Below, one piece after another: positions 39,406-51,053 of a stretch of DNA of 64,000 nt. A program made the translations under genes and the position numbers. The notes beneath the pieces were generated by a model. It was not told the DNA's origin. It searched no databases and worked only from the letters and a program-made list of their open reading frames with translations. Source of the stretch: an uncultured bacterium (GTDB lineage: Bacteria > Krumholzibacteriota > Krumholzibacteriia > Krumholzibacteriales > CAZTHK01); the NCBI GenBank assembly GCA_964613215.1, contig CAZTHK010000002.1, forward strand, positions 149,685-213,684, read 5' to 3'. Position 1 is the first letter of the stretch. Every line of letters starts with the position of its first letter.

Positions 39406-40719
39406 CTACCTTTCTTCTTCCAGGTATTCTTTCACTAAATCTAAACAATAAACGGCTGCTCCGCAATTATCCATGATATAATTCCTGGCTATCTTTCCGG
39501 TACTCTCCAGCAGCTCCCGGTCGGAGAGCAGCTTTTCCACCCCCTCTTCCAGGTCGCCGGCGGAATTTACCACTGTACCCGCGCCCAGTTTCACCAGCTC
39601 CCGGGCCTCCAGGGAGTTATCTATACGGGGTCCGAAGAAGACCGGCAGTCCGAATATGGCCGGTTCCATTACATTATGAACGCCGGTGGTGTAGCTGCCT
39701 CCCACATAGGCAATATCCCCCGCCCGGTAGAGTTCTGCCAGATACCCTATACCATCAACGATGATTACCGGCTTGGTTACCTTCTGCTCTCCCTCAATCC
39801 GGGATATGGCTGTATGAGAGAGATTCGATTTGTCCAATGCGCCGGATATTTCATCCAGCCTGGAGGGAGACGGTTCATGGGGAGCAAGTATCAGGGCCAG
39901 GTCCGGGATCCTATCCCTGAGTTTGCTGAAAGCGGGAATGACCACCTTTTCATCCGGCGGCCAGGTACTTCCCGCTATCAGAAAAGGCCTGGAGTCCTCT
40001 TTTAGAGCGGGGGGCAGCTTAACCGCGGAGCTCTCCACCCTGTCGCATACCTGGTCGAATCTGGTATCCCCTCCGGTTACCACCTCCACACCATCTCCCG
40101 AATGTTCTCTGAATCTTCCGGCATCCTCATCAGAGATGGCGGCTATGGCGGAAAGCATGCCGTAAAGCCCGCCGTAGAACTTCCTGCTCAGCGGATTCAA
40201 TCTCCCTGAGCCGGGTGACAGGGTGCCGGAGAGAAGGAGCTGGGGAATGGAACGGCGATTTGCCTCTGTTATCAGATTGGGCCAGAGATCGAATTTGACG
40301 TAGACTATCATGTCAGGCTTGAGAATATCCAGGCAGCGGTTGACATTGCTGCGGCTGTCAACGGGATAGTATTCCACAAATTTCAGAGAGGGGATCCTCG
40401 ATGACCGGTCGAATTTCTGGAAGTAATTCATCCCCGAAGGCGAGAAGAAGGTAAGAGCGAGGTTGAGGTCATCTCCGTATTCCTGCGACAAATGTTTCAT
40501 CACCGGTTTGGCCTGTTCGAATTCACCCACCGAGGAGACGTGAAACCATACCAGGCGCTTTGCCGGCGGAAGCTTCCGTGACTTCTCACTCCATCTATCC
40601 TGCCAGTTTTTTCTCCCCTCCAGACCTTCGGCTATCTTATCATTGAACAGTGCTCCCACCCTGGCAGAGGCTCTGGCCAGGGGCAGCAGCATGTTGTAAA
40701 GCAGGTTATAAATACTCAT
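39406..40719 (-). CDS. waaA: 3-deoxy-D-manno-octulosonic acid (Kdo) transferase WaaA/KdtA
   Basis: GT30-type N-terminal domain plus GT-B C-terminal domain, ~430 aa; LPS-core neighbourhood. Confidence 0.8.
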   Translation of the reverse strand: MSIYNLLYNMLLPLARASARVGALFNDKIAEGLEGRKNWQDRWSEKSRKLPPAKRLVWFHVSSVGEFEQAKPVMKHLSQEYGDDLNLALTFFSPSGMNYFQKFDRSSRIPSLKFVEYYPVDSRSNVNRCLDILKPDMIVYVKFDLWPNLITEANRRSIPQLLLSGTLSPGSGRLNPLSRKFYGGLYGMLSAIAAISDEDAGRFREHSGDGVEVVTGGDTRFDQVCDRVESSAVKLPPALKEDSRPFLIAGSTWPPDEKVVIPAFSKLRDRIPDLALILAPHEPSPSRLDEISGALDKSNLSHTAISRIEGEQKVTKPVIIVDGIGYLAELYRAGDIAYVGGSYTTGVHNVMEPAIFGLPVFFGPRIDNSLEARELVKLGAGTVVNSAGDLEEGVEKLLSDRELLESTGKIARNYIMDNCGAAVYCLDLVKEYLEEER

Positions 40720-40797
40720 CCATGAATCTCCCTCGGATTTTCCTCATCCGTTATGCCTTCGGCCCGGCATGTTATAGTATAGTAATGTAAATCTCCG

Positions 40798-41841
40798 TCA
40801 TCTGGCATTATCTTTTTCCCTGTTTCCACTCCCTGTTTCAACTATCTCGTAAACCGCCTGTTCGGCCTGCCGTGGTTTTATCCGCCTGAGGCATTTTCTG
40901 TTTCTCAGCAAACAGGGGCTGGCCCCGTTCCGCGAACAGGGGCGGCACCAGAGTGGTACCTCCAGAACTTTGCTGGAGGGAAGGGAGGGAAAGTACCCGA
41001 ATTCTTTCACCGTAGGCCCGAACAGGGCCACGCAGGGGGTGCCCACCGCTTCGGCCATGTGAAGGGGCGCCGAATCGTTGGTTACCAGCGCCGCGCATCT
41101 CTCCAGGCAGGCCGCCGTCTCCAAAAGTGAAAGCCTGCCGGTCAGATCGGTCACCTCTCCTTCCACCTGTCCGGTAATCTCCCGGCTGATCTGCATATCA
41201 CTCTCTCCGCCCGTGATTATAACCTGTATTCCCCCGGAGGTAAGCCTTTCTATCAGCCGGGCATAGTATTCCGCCGGCCATCTCTTGGTCTCCCATCTGG
41301 CTCCGGGAGCTACTGCCACGGTATTTTTGGCGGATATGCCCGTTCCTTTCATGATCCGGACGGCCTTTGCTTTTTCTTCCCTTCCGGGCTGAAGGCTGGT
41401 GGATAGGTGGCCGGTTTTAATTCCGAGTTTTCCGGCCAGCTCGAGATAACGCCGGGTAAGGGGAGTTATACTGCGGAAGAGGTTAATCTTCAGATATATC
41501 AGAAAGAATTTGCTGCCCTGTCTCTTGCTCAGCTGAATCTTCCGGGAGGCGGAGAGTGAATGGTGCAGTATATTACTTCTTAAAACATTGTGGGCATCGA
41601 TAATAATATCGAAATTCTCATCCTTGAGTCTTGCCCTCATATCCATGAGTTCCCCAAAATTCCCTTCTCCCAGTTCATGGATCCGGTCGACTCTGCTGTC
41701 GTTATCGAATAAGGAAGCATACTTCTGCTTGCATACCAGATGGAGTTCACCGGAGTGGTAGTGATCCTTGAGTACACTTATTAATGGGGTTGCCAGAATA
41801 AGGTCTCCAAGGGAACCAAATCGAATAACCAGTATCTTCAA
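40798..41841 (-). CDS. ADP-heptose:LPS heptosyltransferase (GT9, WaaF/WaaC-like)
   Basis: GT9 N-terminal MKILVIRFGSLGDLILATP motif; ~345 aa. Confidence 0.8.
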   Translation of the reverse strand: MKILVIRFGSLGDLILATPLISVLKDHYHSGELHLVCKQKYASLFDNDSRVDRIHELGEGNFGELMDMRARLKDENFDIIIDAHNVLRSNILHHSLSASRKIQLSKRQGSKFFLIYLKINLFRSITPLTRRYLELAGKLGIKTGHLSTSLQPGREEKAKAVRIMKGTGISAKNTVAVAPGARWETKRWPAEYYARLIERLTSGGIQVIITGGESDMQISREITGQVEGEVTDLTGRLSLLETAACLERCAALVTNDSAPLHMAEAVGTPCVALFGPTVKEFGYFPSLPSSKVLEVPLWCRPCSRNGASPCLLRNRKCLRRIKPRQAEQAVYEIVETGSGNREKDNAR

Positions 41842-42157
41842 ATCAGGCCATCTCCCTTTCTGTAGCTTGCCGGATTCAGGGATGACTATATGATATGACT
41901 ATCCACAAGTCCAGCCGAATATAATCAGACCGGTGTATATTGATAATTGATTTGATGAGATAATCCATAATTATTTCACAATAAGAAAAAATATTCTTGA
42001 TTGAGCAATAAATTTATACTAAATTAGGTTATGAATTGGACAATAATTCGATATTTGTCTTATTATGGTTGATTCAGATTGGTGATTAGCTATATTAGCC
42101 TCGATTAACAAGTTACATTGATACAATTAACATGGAAAAAGAAAGGAAAGGGTTAGT

Positions 42158-42721
42158 TTGGTTAACAAAGAGGTTGAAATCGGTGCCCGTATAAAAAGCT
42201 ACAGGTTGGCTAAAGGGTTAACATTGAAGGATATAGAGAACCTGACCAATGTTTCGGCCACTCATGTCTCGGAGATTGAGCGTGGTATGACTTCTCCCAC
42301 CATGGGGGCACTATCCAAGATTGCCAGGGCCATGGATGTAGATGTAGCATACTTTGTCAAGAAGAAGAATATCTCAAAGCTTTCTGTTTTAAACGAAAAT
42401 GAGAGGAAGAAGATGCAGTATGAGGACTGGGGGGCCACCTATTATTCCCTTACCAAGGACCTCTCCAATCCGAAGATCTCCTTTCTGGAGGTTGAGCTGG
42501 AGCCGGGGGTGAAGAGGCCGGAAGAGACCACCACTCATGAGGGCGAGGAGTTTGCGCTTGTAACCAAAGGAGTTATGGAGATAATCATAGGTGAGGAGAA
42601 GTATATCCTCAAGGAGGGTGACAGCATCCACTACAAGGCCACCATGCCTCATGCCATGCGCAATATAGGGGATGCCAAGTGCAAGGCTATCTGGGTTACC
42701 ATGCCCCCCTACAGTCTGTAA
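42158..42721 (+). CDS. XRE-family HTH + cupin transcriptional regulator (PuuR-like), TTG start
   Basis: N-terminal HTH_XRE (LKDIENLTNVSATHVSEIERG), C-terminal cupin_2 (HEGEEF...GDSIHY). Confidence 0.75.
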   Translation: MVNKEVEIGARIKSYRLAKGLTLKDIENLTNVSATHVSEIERGMTSPTMGALSKIARAMDVDVAYFVKKKNISKLSVLNENERKKMQYEDWGATYYSLTKDLSNPKISFLEVELEPGVKRPEETTTHEGEEFALVTKGVMEIIIGEEKYILKEGDSIHYKATMPHAMRNIGDAKCKAIWVTMPPYSL

Positions 42722-42733
42722 GATCAATATAAT

Positions 42734-43324
42734 TTGAATTATCAGGAGGTTCTGAGAGAGATGGTATCGAAGCAGGAGATTGGCAGAAGGATGAAGAAGG
42801 TAAGGGAGCAGAAGCATCTAACCCTTAAGAATGTCGAAGCCAGAGCGGGGATTTCGGCCACCCACATATCAGAGATAGAGAGGGGAAAGACCTCCCCCAC
42901 CATTAATGCACTTATGCGTATAGCTTATTCCCTGGGCAAGGATCCGGCCTATTTCATAGAGAATGATGAGCTGGATGATGTATCCTTTGTTGCTCTCGAG
43001 GACAGAAGCGAGATAGAGCTGAATCGGGCCAGGGGTGTCCGGGAGATGTTGACCAGATCGATTCCGGGTGGAAGGATAAATGCCCAGTTTATTAACATGG
43101 GTCCGTCGGGAGGGGAGAAGATCAAGGTACATACCCATATCGGCGAGGAGGCGGCGTTGGTATTGAAGGGCGATGTCCGTTTCCGGGTGGATGGAAAGGA
43201 TTATCAGCTCGGTGCCGGTGACAGCATCTACTATGAGGCAGACCTGGAGCACGGTTATCTCAACATGTCTGATGAGCAGGAGGCCAGAATCATATGGTTC
43301 GGTTCTGAGAGGAGAATAGACTGA
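42734..43324 (+). CDS. XRE-family HTH + cupin transcriptional regulator, tandem paralogue
   Basis: HTH_XRE (LKNVEARAGISATHISEIERG) + cupin (HIGEEA...GDSIYY). Confidence 0.75.
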   Translation: MNYQEVLREMVSKQEIGRRMKKVREQKHLTLKNVEARAGISATHISEIERGKTSPTINALMRIAYSLGKDPAYFIENDELDDVSFVALEDRSEIELNRARGVREMLTRSIPGGRINAQFINMGPSGGEKIKVHTHIGEEAALVLKGDVRFRVDGKDYQLGAGDSIYYEADLEHGYLNMSDEQEARIIWFGSERRID

Positions 43325-43442
43325 CCGTTAAGCCCAGTTGATTGCAAGAACCGCTATTCCCGCCGGAATAGCGGTTTTTTTATTGACAGTGGATTCAGTA
43401 TGTATCTATAGTTTCATTAAGATTCACGAGGGGGTGTAATCT

Positions 43443-43793
43443 ATGGAAGAGCAGAGAAAAAACTCAGTTACCAGTGAAGAATTTCTGTTTTCACACCTGA
43501 TTGCGATGTTTCAGACTCTGGCGCTTCAGCAGCTGGGCAAGTTAACCAGTCCGGTAAGCGGCAAATTGGAGCGAGATTTGCAGCAGGCAAAGATAACAAT
43601 AGATATGCTGGAAATGATAAATAATAAGATGAAGGGTAATCTCAATGAGAGAGAAAAGAAGCTTCTGGGCGGTGTCCTTATGGAACTGCAGATGAACTAC
43701 GTGGATGAATCCAAGAAGAAGGACCAGGCCGGGGAGATGGAGGAAGAGGCTGGGGGAGAAGAAGAGGATGAAGATAAGAACAAGAATGAGTAA
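43443..43793 (+). CDS. DUF1844 domain protein (acidic C-terminal tail)
   Basis: conserved FLFSHLIAMFQTLALQQLG core typical of DUF1844; Glu-rich tail. Confidence 0.6.
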   Translation: MEEQRKNSVTSEEFLFSHLIAMFQTLALQQLGKLTSPVSGKLERDLQQAKITIDMLEMINNKMKGNLNEREKKLLGGVLMELQMNYVDESKKKDQAGEMEEEAGGEEEDEDKNKNE

Positions 43794-43823
43794 AGAATAC
43801 CGCATTTACAGGGAGGATAAGTA

Positions 43824-45698
<1,875 letters not shown>

Positions 45699-45786
45699 CA
45701 GTTGCCGGACCGGATATTTGAGACAGGAAATTGCGGGGGTTGATTATCAGCCCCCGCTTTGTGTATATAACCTGGCGATCTGACTA

Positions 45787-45967
45787 TTAACATCGATCCG
45801 TCAATAATATTATTTATGCTGATTGACGAAGCATTCTCTGCCATTCCCGTAATCCGGCAGCCACACCACCTGCGGAGGGATAAATGGAGAGATAATACAG
45901 GAGGGCTGGCCTGTCACCGGAAACAATTTGTAGCCCGCTCAGCATGATTTTAACGGATTGAGGTTAA
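45787..45967 (+). mobile_element. MITE-like element copy B (181 bp), TIRs CATCGATCCG / CGGATTGAGG (8/10 match), flanked by TTAA on both sides
   Basis: aligns with copy A at both ends and over the internal CCATTCCCG.AATC.GGCA block; lies in convergent ompA/mazG intergenic region. Confidence 0.7.
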
Positions 45968-46009
45968 TCTGAACAGATCAGGAAGTAAGGAATTAACCAG
46001 ATCAGATAT

Positions 46010-46831
46010 TCAGGGTTGCTCTTTCGACTCCTGCCACAGCTCCTCCATTCTGTGCAGGGGGAGTGATTCCAGCTTTTCGCCCCTCTCACCGGCAAGTTCT
46101 TCCATCCTGCGGAAGCGCCTATGGAATTTGGAGTTGGTCTCCTCCAGGGCATTCTCCGGTTCTACATTGAGTCTTCTGGCCAGGTTCACCACGGTAAACA
46201 GTATATCTCCGATCTCCTCCCTGATCTCCCGGTGTGCCCGCCTGCTGATCGATTCCTCCAGTTCCTTCTTCTCCTCCTCCAGCTTTTCCATGATTCCGGA
46301 GATGCCGGGCCAGTCGAATCCGAAATCCGCAGCCATCTTCTGGAGCAGGCCGGCCTTCCGAAGGGGGGGCATTACGGGGGGAAGCGAGTTCATCGAATAG
46401 TGTTCCTTTCTGTTCTCCTTCTCCTTCTTCTTGACCCGCTCCCAATTCCTGATACTGTCGGATACCGTTTCCACCCTCTCCGAATCGCCGAACACATGGG
46501 GATGGCGGCGGATTATCTTGGCATGAGCCCGCGATATTACCTCCTGCAGGGAGATATCCTCCTCCCTGGCAAGCAGCTGGTATGTGAACATCCACAGGAA
46601 AAAGACATCCCCCAGTTCTTCGATAATTCTCCCGGTTCGTCCGGATTTCTCAGCCTGAAGGAGTTCGTAACCCTCATCGATAAGGTCGGTGATGATACTA
46701 TCCATGGTCTGGGCCCTGTCCCAGGGACAGCCGTTTTCACCCCTGAGGGTGTTCAGGGTTTGCCTCAGCGAAGATATCGCTTCCTCTATGGTATTGTGGC
46801 GGTTTTTCATAGGGGTGGAAGTATATACCAT
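46010..46831 (-). CDS. mazG: Nucleoside triphosphate pyrophosphohydrolase MazG (start may be the ATG at 46810, MKNRHN)
   Basis: tandem MazG domains, GCPWD and EE.GD motifs. Confidence 0.8.
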   Translation of the reverse strand: MVYTSTPMKNRHNTIEEAISSLRQTLNTLRGENGCPWDRAQTMDSIITDLIDEGYELLQAEKSGRTGRIIEELGDVFFLWMFTYQLLAREEDISLQEVISRAHAKIIRRHPHVFGDSERVETVSDSIRNWERVKKKEKENRKEHYSMNSLPPVMPPLRKAGLLQKMAADFGFDWPGISGIMEKLEEEKKELEESISRRAHREIREEIGDILFTVVNLARRLNVEPENALEETNSKFHRRFRRMEELAGERGEKLESLPLHRMEELWQESKEQP

Positions 46832-46894
46832 ATTGAAACAGTCTACAAATATTGATATTATAAAAATTCTGGATCGATTAAGGAGGAGGGCTGT

Positions 46895-49669
46895 TTGATA
46901 CTGGATAAAATTATTTTAAGGGGAGCCAGGGAGCATAATCTGAAAAATATAGATCTGGAGCTCCCCCGGCAGAAGCTGATAGCCATAACCGGAGTATCCG
47001 GCTCAGGAAAGTCATCTCTGGCCTTCGATACCATATATGCGGAGGGGCAGAGAAGGTATATCGAGTCGCTTTCCACCTACTCCCGGCAGTTCATAGAGAA
47101 GATAGGAAGGCCGGACCTGGACGATATATCCGGTATCAGCCCCACCATCGCCATCAGGCAGAAGAATACAGTAACCAGCGCCCGTTCCACCGTTGGTACC
47201 GCCACCGAAGTATACGACTATATCCGTCTTCTGTTCGCCAGGGTGGGAAAGACCATATGCCCCCGGTGCGGAGTGGAGGTCAGGTCTTACCCCTCAAGTG
47301 AAGTTACCGATATTGTAATCAGCAGGTTCGATGGCCAGAGGGTCTATCTGCTGATACCTCAGAGTGAGATGGAGCCGGATGAATGGGAGACCAGAAGAAC
47401 CTATCTCCTCTCCAGGGGATTTACCAGGCTGCTTATAGACGGAGAGGTGGTCAGGGTGGATGAGCTGGATGATCCGCCCGGCGGTTATGAAGAGCTGTTT
47501 ATACTGCTGGACCGGGTTGAGGCTGACGGAAGCAACCGCTCCCGTATAACCGAATCGGTGGAGCTGGCCTACCGGGAAGATCCGGAAGTTATAGTGGTGG
47601 AGGATGCGGAGGGAGAGGGAAGATTCCGTTTTACCCGGACCCCCTCCTGTCTCGAATGCGGACGTTTCTTCATCGAACCCACCCCCCTGCTCTTCTCCTT
47701 CAATAATCCCTACGGGGCATGCCCCGAATGCAAGGGCTTCGGTGACAAGATGGAGTTCTCCGAGGAGTTCATCGTACCCGACCGCAATCTGGCCATCAGG
47801 GATAAGGCTGTAGACCCCTGGTCCCGGGAGAGATTTTCCCACTTCCACCGGCGGCTGATGGATTTCTGCCGTACCAGGGGTATTCCGGTGGATAAGCCCT
47901 GGAAGGATATGGATGAACAGCACCGGGAGATTATCATGGAAGGAGAGGAGGACTATGTGGGGGTTATTCCCTTCCTGGAGAAGATGAAGAGGAAGAGTTA
48001 CAAGAAGGGACACCGTTTCTTCACCAGAAGATATATGGGTTATACCACCTGCAGGACCTGTAGGGGGAAGAGGCTGAGAGAGGAGGTCTTCGACGTAAAG
48101 ATAGGTGATTACCATATTGGTGATATCAACGCCATGGTTCCCGGCCGGGTTCTCTCCTTTCTGGAGCACTGCGATTTTACCGAAAGGGAAAGCAGGATAG
48201 TGGAGGATGTGCTGACCGAACTGAGATCGAGGCTCACCTTCATGATGGAGGTGGGACTGGACTACCTCACCCTGGACCGTATTACCAGAACCCTCTCCGG
48301 GGGTGAGGCACAGAGGATAAACCTGGCCAACGCCCTGGGGGCCAACCTTGTGGATGCGGTTTATATACTGGATGAACCATCCATAGGGATGCATGCTGCG
48401 GATAACCGTAAGCTGATATCGGTGGTGGAGAAGCTGAGGGACCGTGGGAATACTGTGATCATAGTGGAGCATGACCCCGATATAATAAGATCGTGTGACT
48501 ACCTGGTGGATCTGGGGCCGGGACCTGGAACCAGGGGGGGAGAGGTGGTTTTCAGCGGTACGGTCGAACAGGCGGAGAAGAGCAGGGTGGAAGATTCACT
48601 CACCCTGGATTGGGTATTCAGGGATCATCAGCTGGAGAAGAGGGAGCGGGGGAGGGCGGTGCCTGAGGGTGAGATATCACTTAAGGGAGCCCATCTGCAC
48701 AATCTGGACTTTATAGATGTCGATTTTCCCATGGGCTGCCTGGTCTGTGTTACCGGTGTCTCCGGTTCGGGCAAGAGCTCCCTGGTGGTTGATACCCTGC
48801 ATAAGGCATTGTCCAGAAAGTCGTCGGTCAGATATCTGGATGCCCGGTCCTGCCGGGTTAAGGGAGCCCTGGACAGGGTTCTGCTGGTGGATCAGAGCCC
48901 CATAGGATCCACTCCCCGCTCCAATCCGGTGACCTATCTGAAGGCATTCTCCATGATCCGGGAGGCCTTCGCCAACCAGAAGGAATCGATTGCCAGAGGC
49001 TATAAACAGGGCAGATTCAGCTTCAACAAGCCGGAGGGACGCTGTTCCAGATGCAGTGGAATGGGCTACCGCAGGGTGGAGATGCATTTCATGGCAGATA
49101 TCTTCGTCCCCTGCGAGGTCTGCGGGGGCAAGCGGTACAACCGGGAGACACTGGAGATACTATACAAGAACAAGAATATCAGCGAAGTACTGGACCTTAC
49201 TGTGGATGAGGCTATACTATTTTTCAGTGAAATCCCCCGGCTGGGTGAGAAGCTGTGGATACTATCCAGGGTGGGCCTGGGTTACCTTCAGCTGGGTCAG
49301 CCGGCCAATACACTCTCCGGCGGGGAGTCCCAGAGGATGAAGATAGCCAGGGAACTGTCCCGCGCCGGGGGGGAGGGGAATTTATATATTCTGGATGAGC
49401 CGACCACCGGTCTCCATATGAGTGATGTGAACAGGCTTATCTTCGTTCTGGACGAGCTGGTAAGGGCTGGTCATACCGTGCTGGTAATAGAACATAACAT
49501 GGAGATAATAAGATCATCAGACCATATTATAGATATGGGACCGGGTGGTGGAGACCGGGGAGGAAGGGTTGTGGCTGAGGGGTTGCCTGAGGACATAATA
49601 CGCTCCAGGGAGTCGGTAACTGGAAAACATTTGAAGGATTACCTGGTAAAGTTCAGCAGGGAGGAATAG
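46895..49669 (+). CDS. uvrA: Excinuclease ABC subunit UvrA (TTG start, AAGGAGGAGG RBS)
   Basis: two ABC ATPase modules (GVSGSGKSS twice), zinc-finger Cys pairs, 924 aa. Confidence 0.95.
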   Translation: MILDKIILRGAREHNLKNIDLELPRQKLIAITGVSGSGKSSLAFDTIYAEGQRRYIESLSTYSRQFIEKIGRPDLDDISGISPTIAIRQKNTVTSARSTVGTATEVYDYIRLLFARVGKTICPRCGVEVRSYPSSEVTDIVISRFDGQRVYLLIPQSEMEPDEWETRRTYLLSRGFTRLLIDGEVVRVDELDDPPGGYEELFILLDRVEADGSNRSRITESVELAYREDPEVIVVEDAEGEGRFRFTRTPSCLECGRFFIEPTPLLFSFNNPYGACPECKGFGDKMEFSEEFIVPDRNLAIRDKAVDPWSRERFSHFHRRLMDFCRTRGIPVDKPWKDMDEQHREIIMEGEEDYVGVIPFLEKMKRKSYKKGHRFFTRRYMGYTTCRTCRGKRLREEVFDVKIGDYHIGDINAMVPGRVLSFLEHCDFTERESRIVEDVLTELRSRLTFMMEVGLDYLTLDRITRTLSGGEAQRINLANALGANLVDAVYILDEPSIGMHAADNRKLISVVEKLRDRGNTVIIVEHDPDIIRSCDYLVDLGPGPGTRGGEVVFSGTVEQAEKSRVEDSLTLDWVFRDHQLEKRERGRAVPEGEISLKGAHLHNLDFIDVDFPMGCLVCVTGVSGSGKSSLVVDTLHKALSRKSSVRYLDARSCRVKGALDRVLLVDQSPIGSTPRSNPVTYLKAFSMIREAFANQKESIARGYKQGRFSFNKPEGRCSRCSGMGYRRVEMHFMADIFVPCEVCGGKRYNRETLEILYKNKNISEVLDLTVDEAILFFSEIPRLGEKLWILSRVGLGYLQLGQPANTLSGGESQRMKIARELSRAGGEGNLYILDEPTTGLHMSDVNRLIFVLDELVRAGHTVLVIEHNMEIIRSSDHIIDMGPGGGDRGGRVVAEGLPEDIIRSRESVTGKHLKDYLVKFSREE

Positions 49670-50647
49670 ATGAAGATACTGATAACCGGCGGCGCCGGAT
49701 ATATAGGCAGCGTGGTAACAGAAAGCTTCCTGGACCGGGGCTACCGGGTGGTGGTGGTAGATGATCTCTCCACCGGCCATCTGGATGCCCTCGACAGCAG
49801 GGTGGAGTTTCACCGGGGGGACCTCAGTGACAGGGAATTCATTGCCCCCATTCTGGAAGAGGGTATAGAAGCGGTGTGTCACTTCGCCGCCTTTTCCCTG
49901 GTGGGCGAGTCGGTTAAAAATCCGCTGAAGTACTACAGAAACAACGTGGTAGGCGCCTATGTCCTGCTCCGGGCGATGAAGGATACGGGGGTGGGCAACT
50001 TCCTCTTCTCATCCACAGCAGCGGTATACGGAGAACCCTCCAGTACAACCATAACAGAGGATGCCCGCTTGAGGCCGGTCAACGCCTACGGCAACACCAA
50101 GCTGGCCATAGAGAAGATGCTGTGGGACTGTTCCAGGGGCTGGGATCTCGGATACATCTCGCTGCGCTACTTCAATGCCGCCGGGGCAAGCTCCCTCCAC
50201 GGAGAGGATCACCGTCCCGAGACCCATCTGATTCCCATCGTTCTGGAGAAGGCCATGGGACAGCGGGATGAACTCATAGTCTATGGCAATGACTATCCCA
50301 CCGCAGACGGAACCTGCATCAGGGATTACATACATGTGAAGGACCTGGCCACTGCCCATGTGCTGGGACTGGAGGCGATGATGGAGGGTTACCATGGAGC
50401 TCTCAACCTGGGCAACGGAACGGGTTTCTCCGTGCTGGATGTTATAGAAGCTGCCGAAGAGGTTACCGGCGTGGATATCGACTATGTTATGGGCAACAGA
50501 AGGGAGGGTGATCCGGCTGTGCTGGTAGCGTCTTCCAGGCGGGCGGAGGAGATTCTGGGATGGGAGAGAACATATCCCGATATTGTTGATATTATTAGAG
50601 ATGCATACAACTGGAAGAAGCAGTTCCCTCAGGGTTATGAAAAATAG
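49670..50647 (+). CDS. galE: UDP-glucose 4-epimerase GalE
   Basis: GGAGYIGS Rossmann motif, catalytic YxxxK (YGNTK), SDR-extended family. Confidence 0.9.
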   Translation: MKILITGGAGYIGSVVTESFLDRGYRVVVVDDLSTGHLDALDSRVEFHRGDLSDREFIAPILEEGIEAVCHFAAFSLVGESVKNPLKYYRNNVVGAYVLLRAMKDTGVGNFLFSSTAAVYGEPSSTTITEDARLRPVNAYGNTKLAIEKMLWDCSRGWDLGYISLRYFNAAGASSLHGEDHRPETHLIPIVLEKAMGQRDELIVYGNDYPTADGTCIRDYIHVKDLATAHVLGLEAMMEGYHGALNLGNGTGFSVLDVIEAAEEVTGVDIDYVMGNRREGDPAVLVASSRRAEEILGWERTYPDIVDIIRDAYNWKKQFPQGYEK

Positions 50648-50887
50648 AAAACGGATGAAAAGAGGGGCCAACATGGAAAATAATTAGCCGTTTTCGGCAC
50701 CCTTTACCCTATTTATTATTCAGGTAAAGCCAAAAAAATAAGGTCATATAATTAGCATAATTATTAACTTGTTATAATAAAATAAGTTAGCATCACACCA
50801 TACCTCTGTTTATTAAAAAAATCAGCCATTCCCACCTGGTTCCTCCGTGGCATGCAAGTTGCGTTTTACAGGTTGGTTATAGCTCTA

Positions 50888-50978
50888 TTGACCCGAGGGG
50901 CTGAGTTCCGCCCGCCTGCACCCGGGTGAATGTAATCCTTCCCGGGGCAACGAGCCGGGCTCGTACTTTTGAGGTACG
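50888..50978 (+). promoter_or_regulatory. Conserved leader element copy 2: CCCGAGGGGCTGAGTTCC + hairpin CGCCCG../..CGGGTG, then hairpin CGAGC-CGG-GCTCG + ACTTTTG
   Basis: 163 nt upstream of HK ATG 51054; also shares proximal box TATCTGCGT (51000-51008) with copy 1 (19767-19775). Confidence 0.5.
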
Positions 50979-51053
50979 TGCCAGGGGGCTCGCCCGTAAA
51001 TATCTGCGTGGAGTTGTATCCGTTTTAACCGGTCAAAAGGGAAAAGCTGAATT

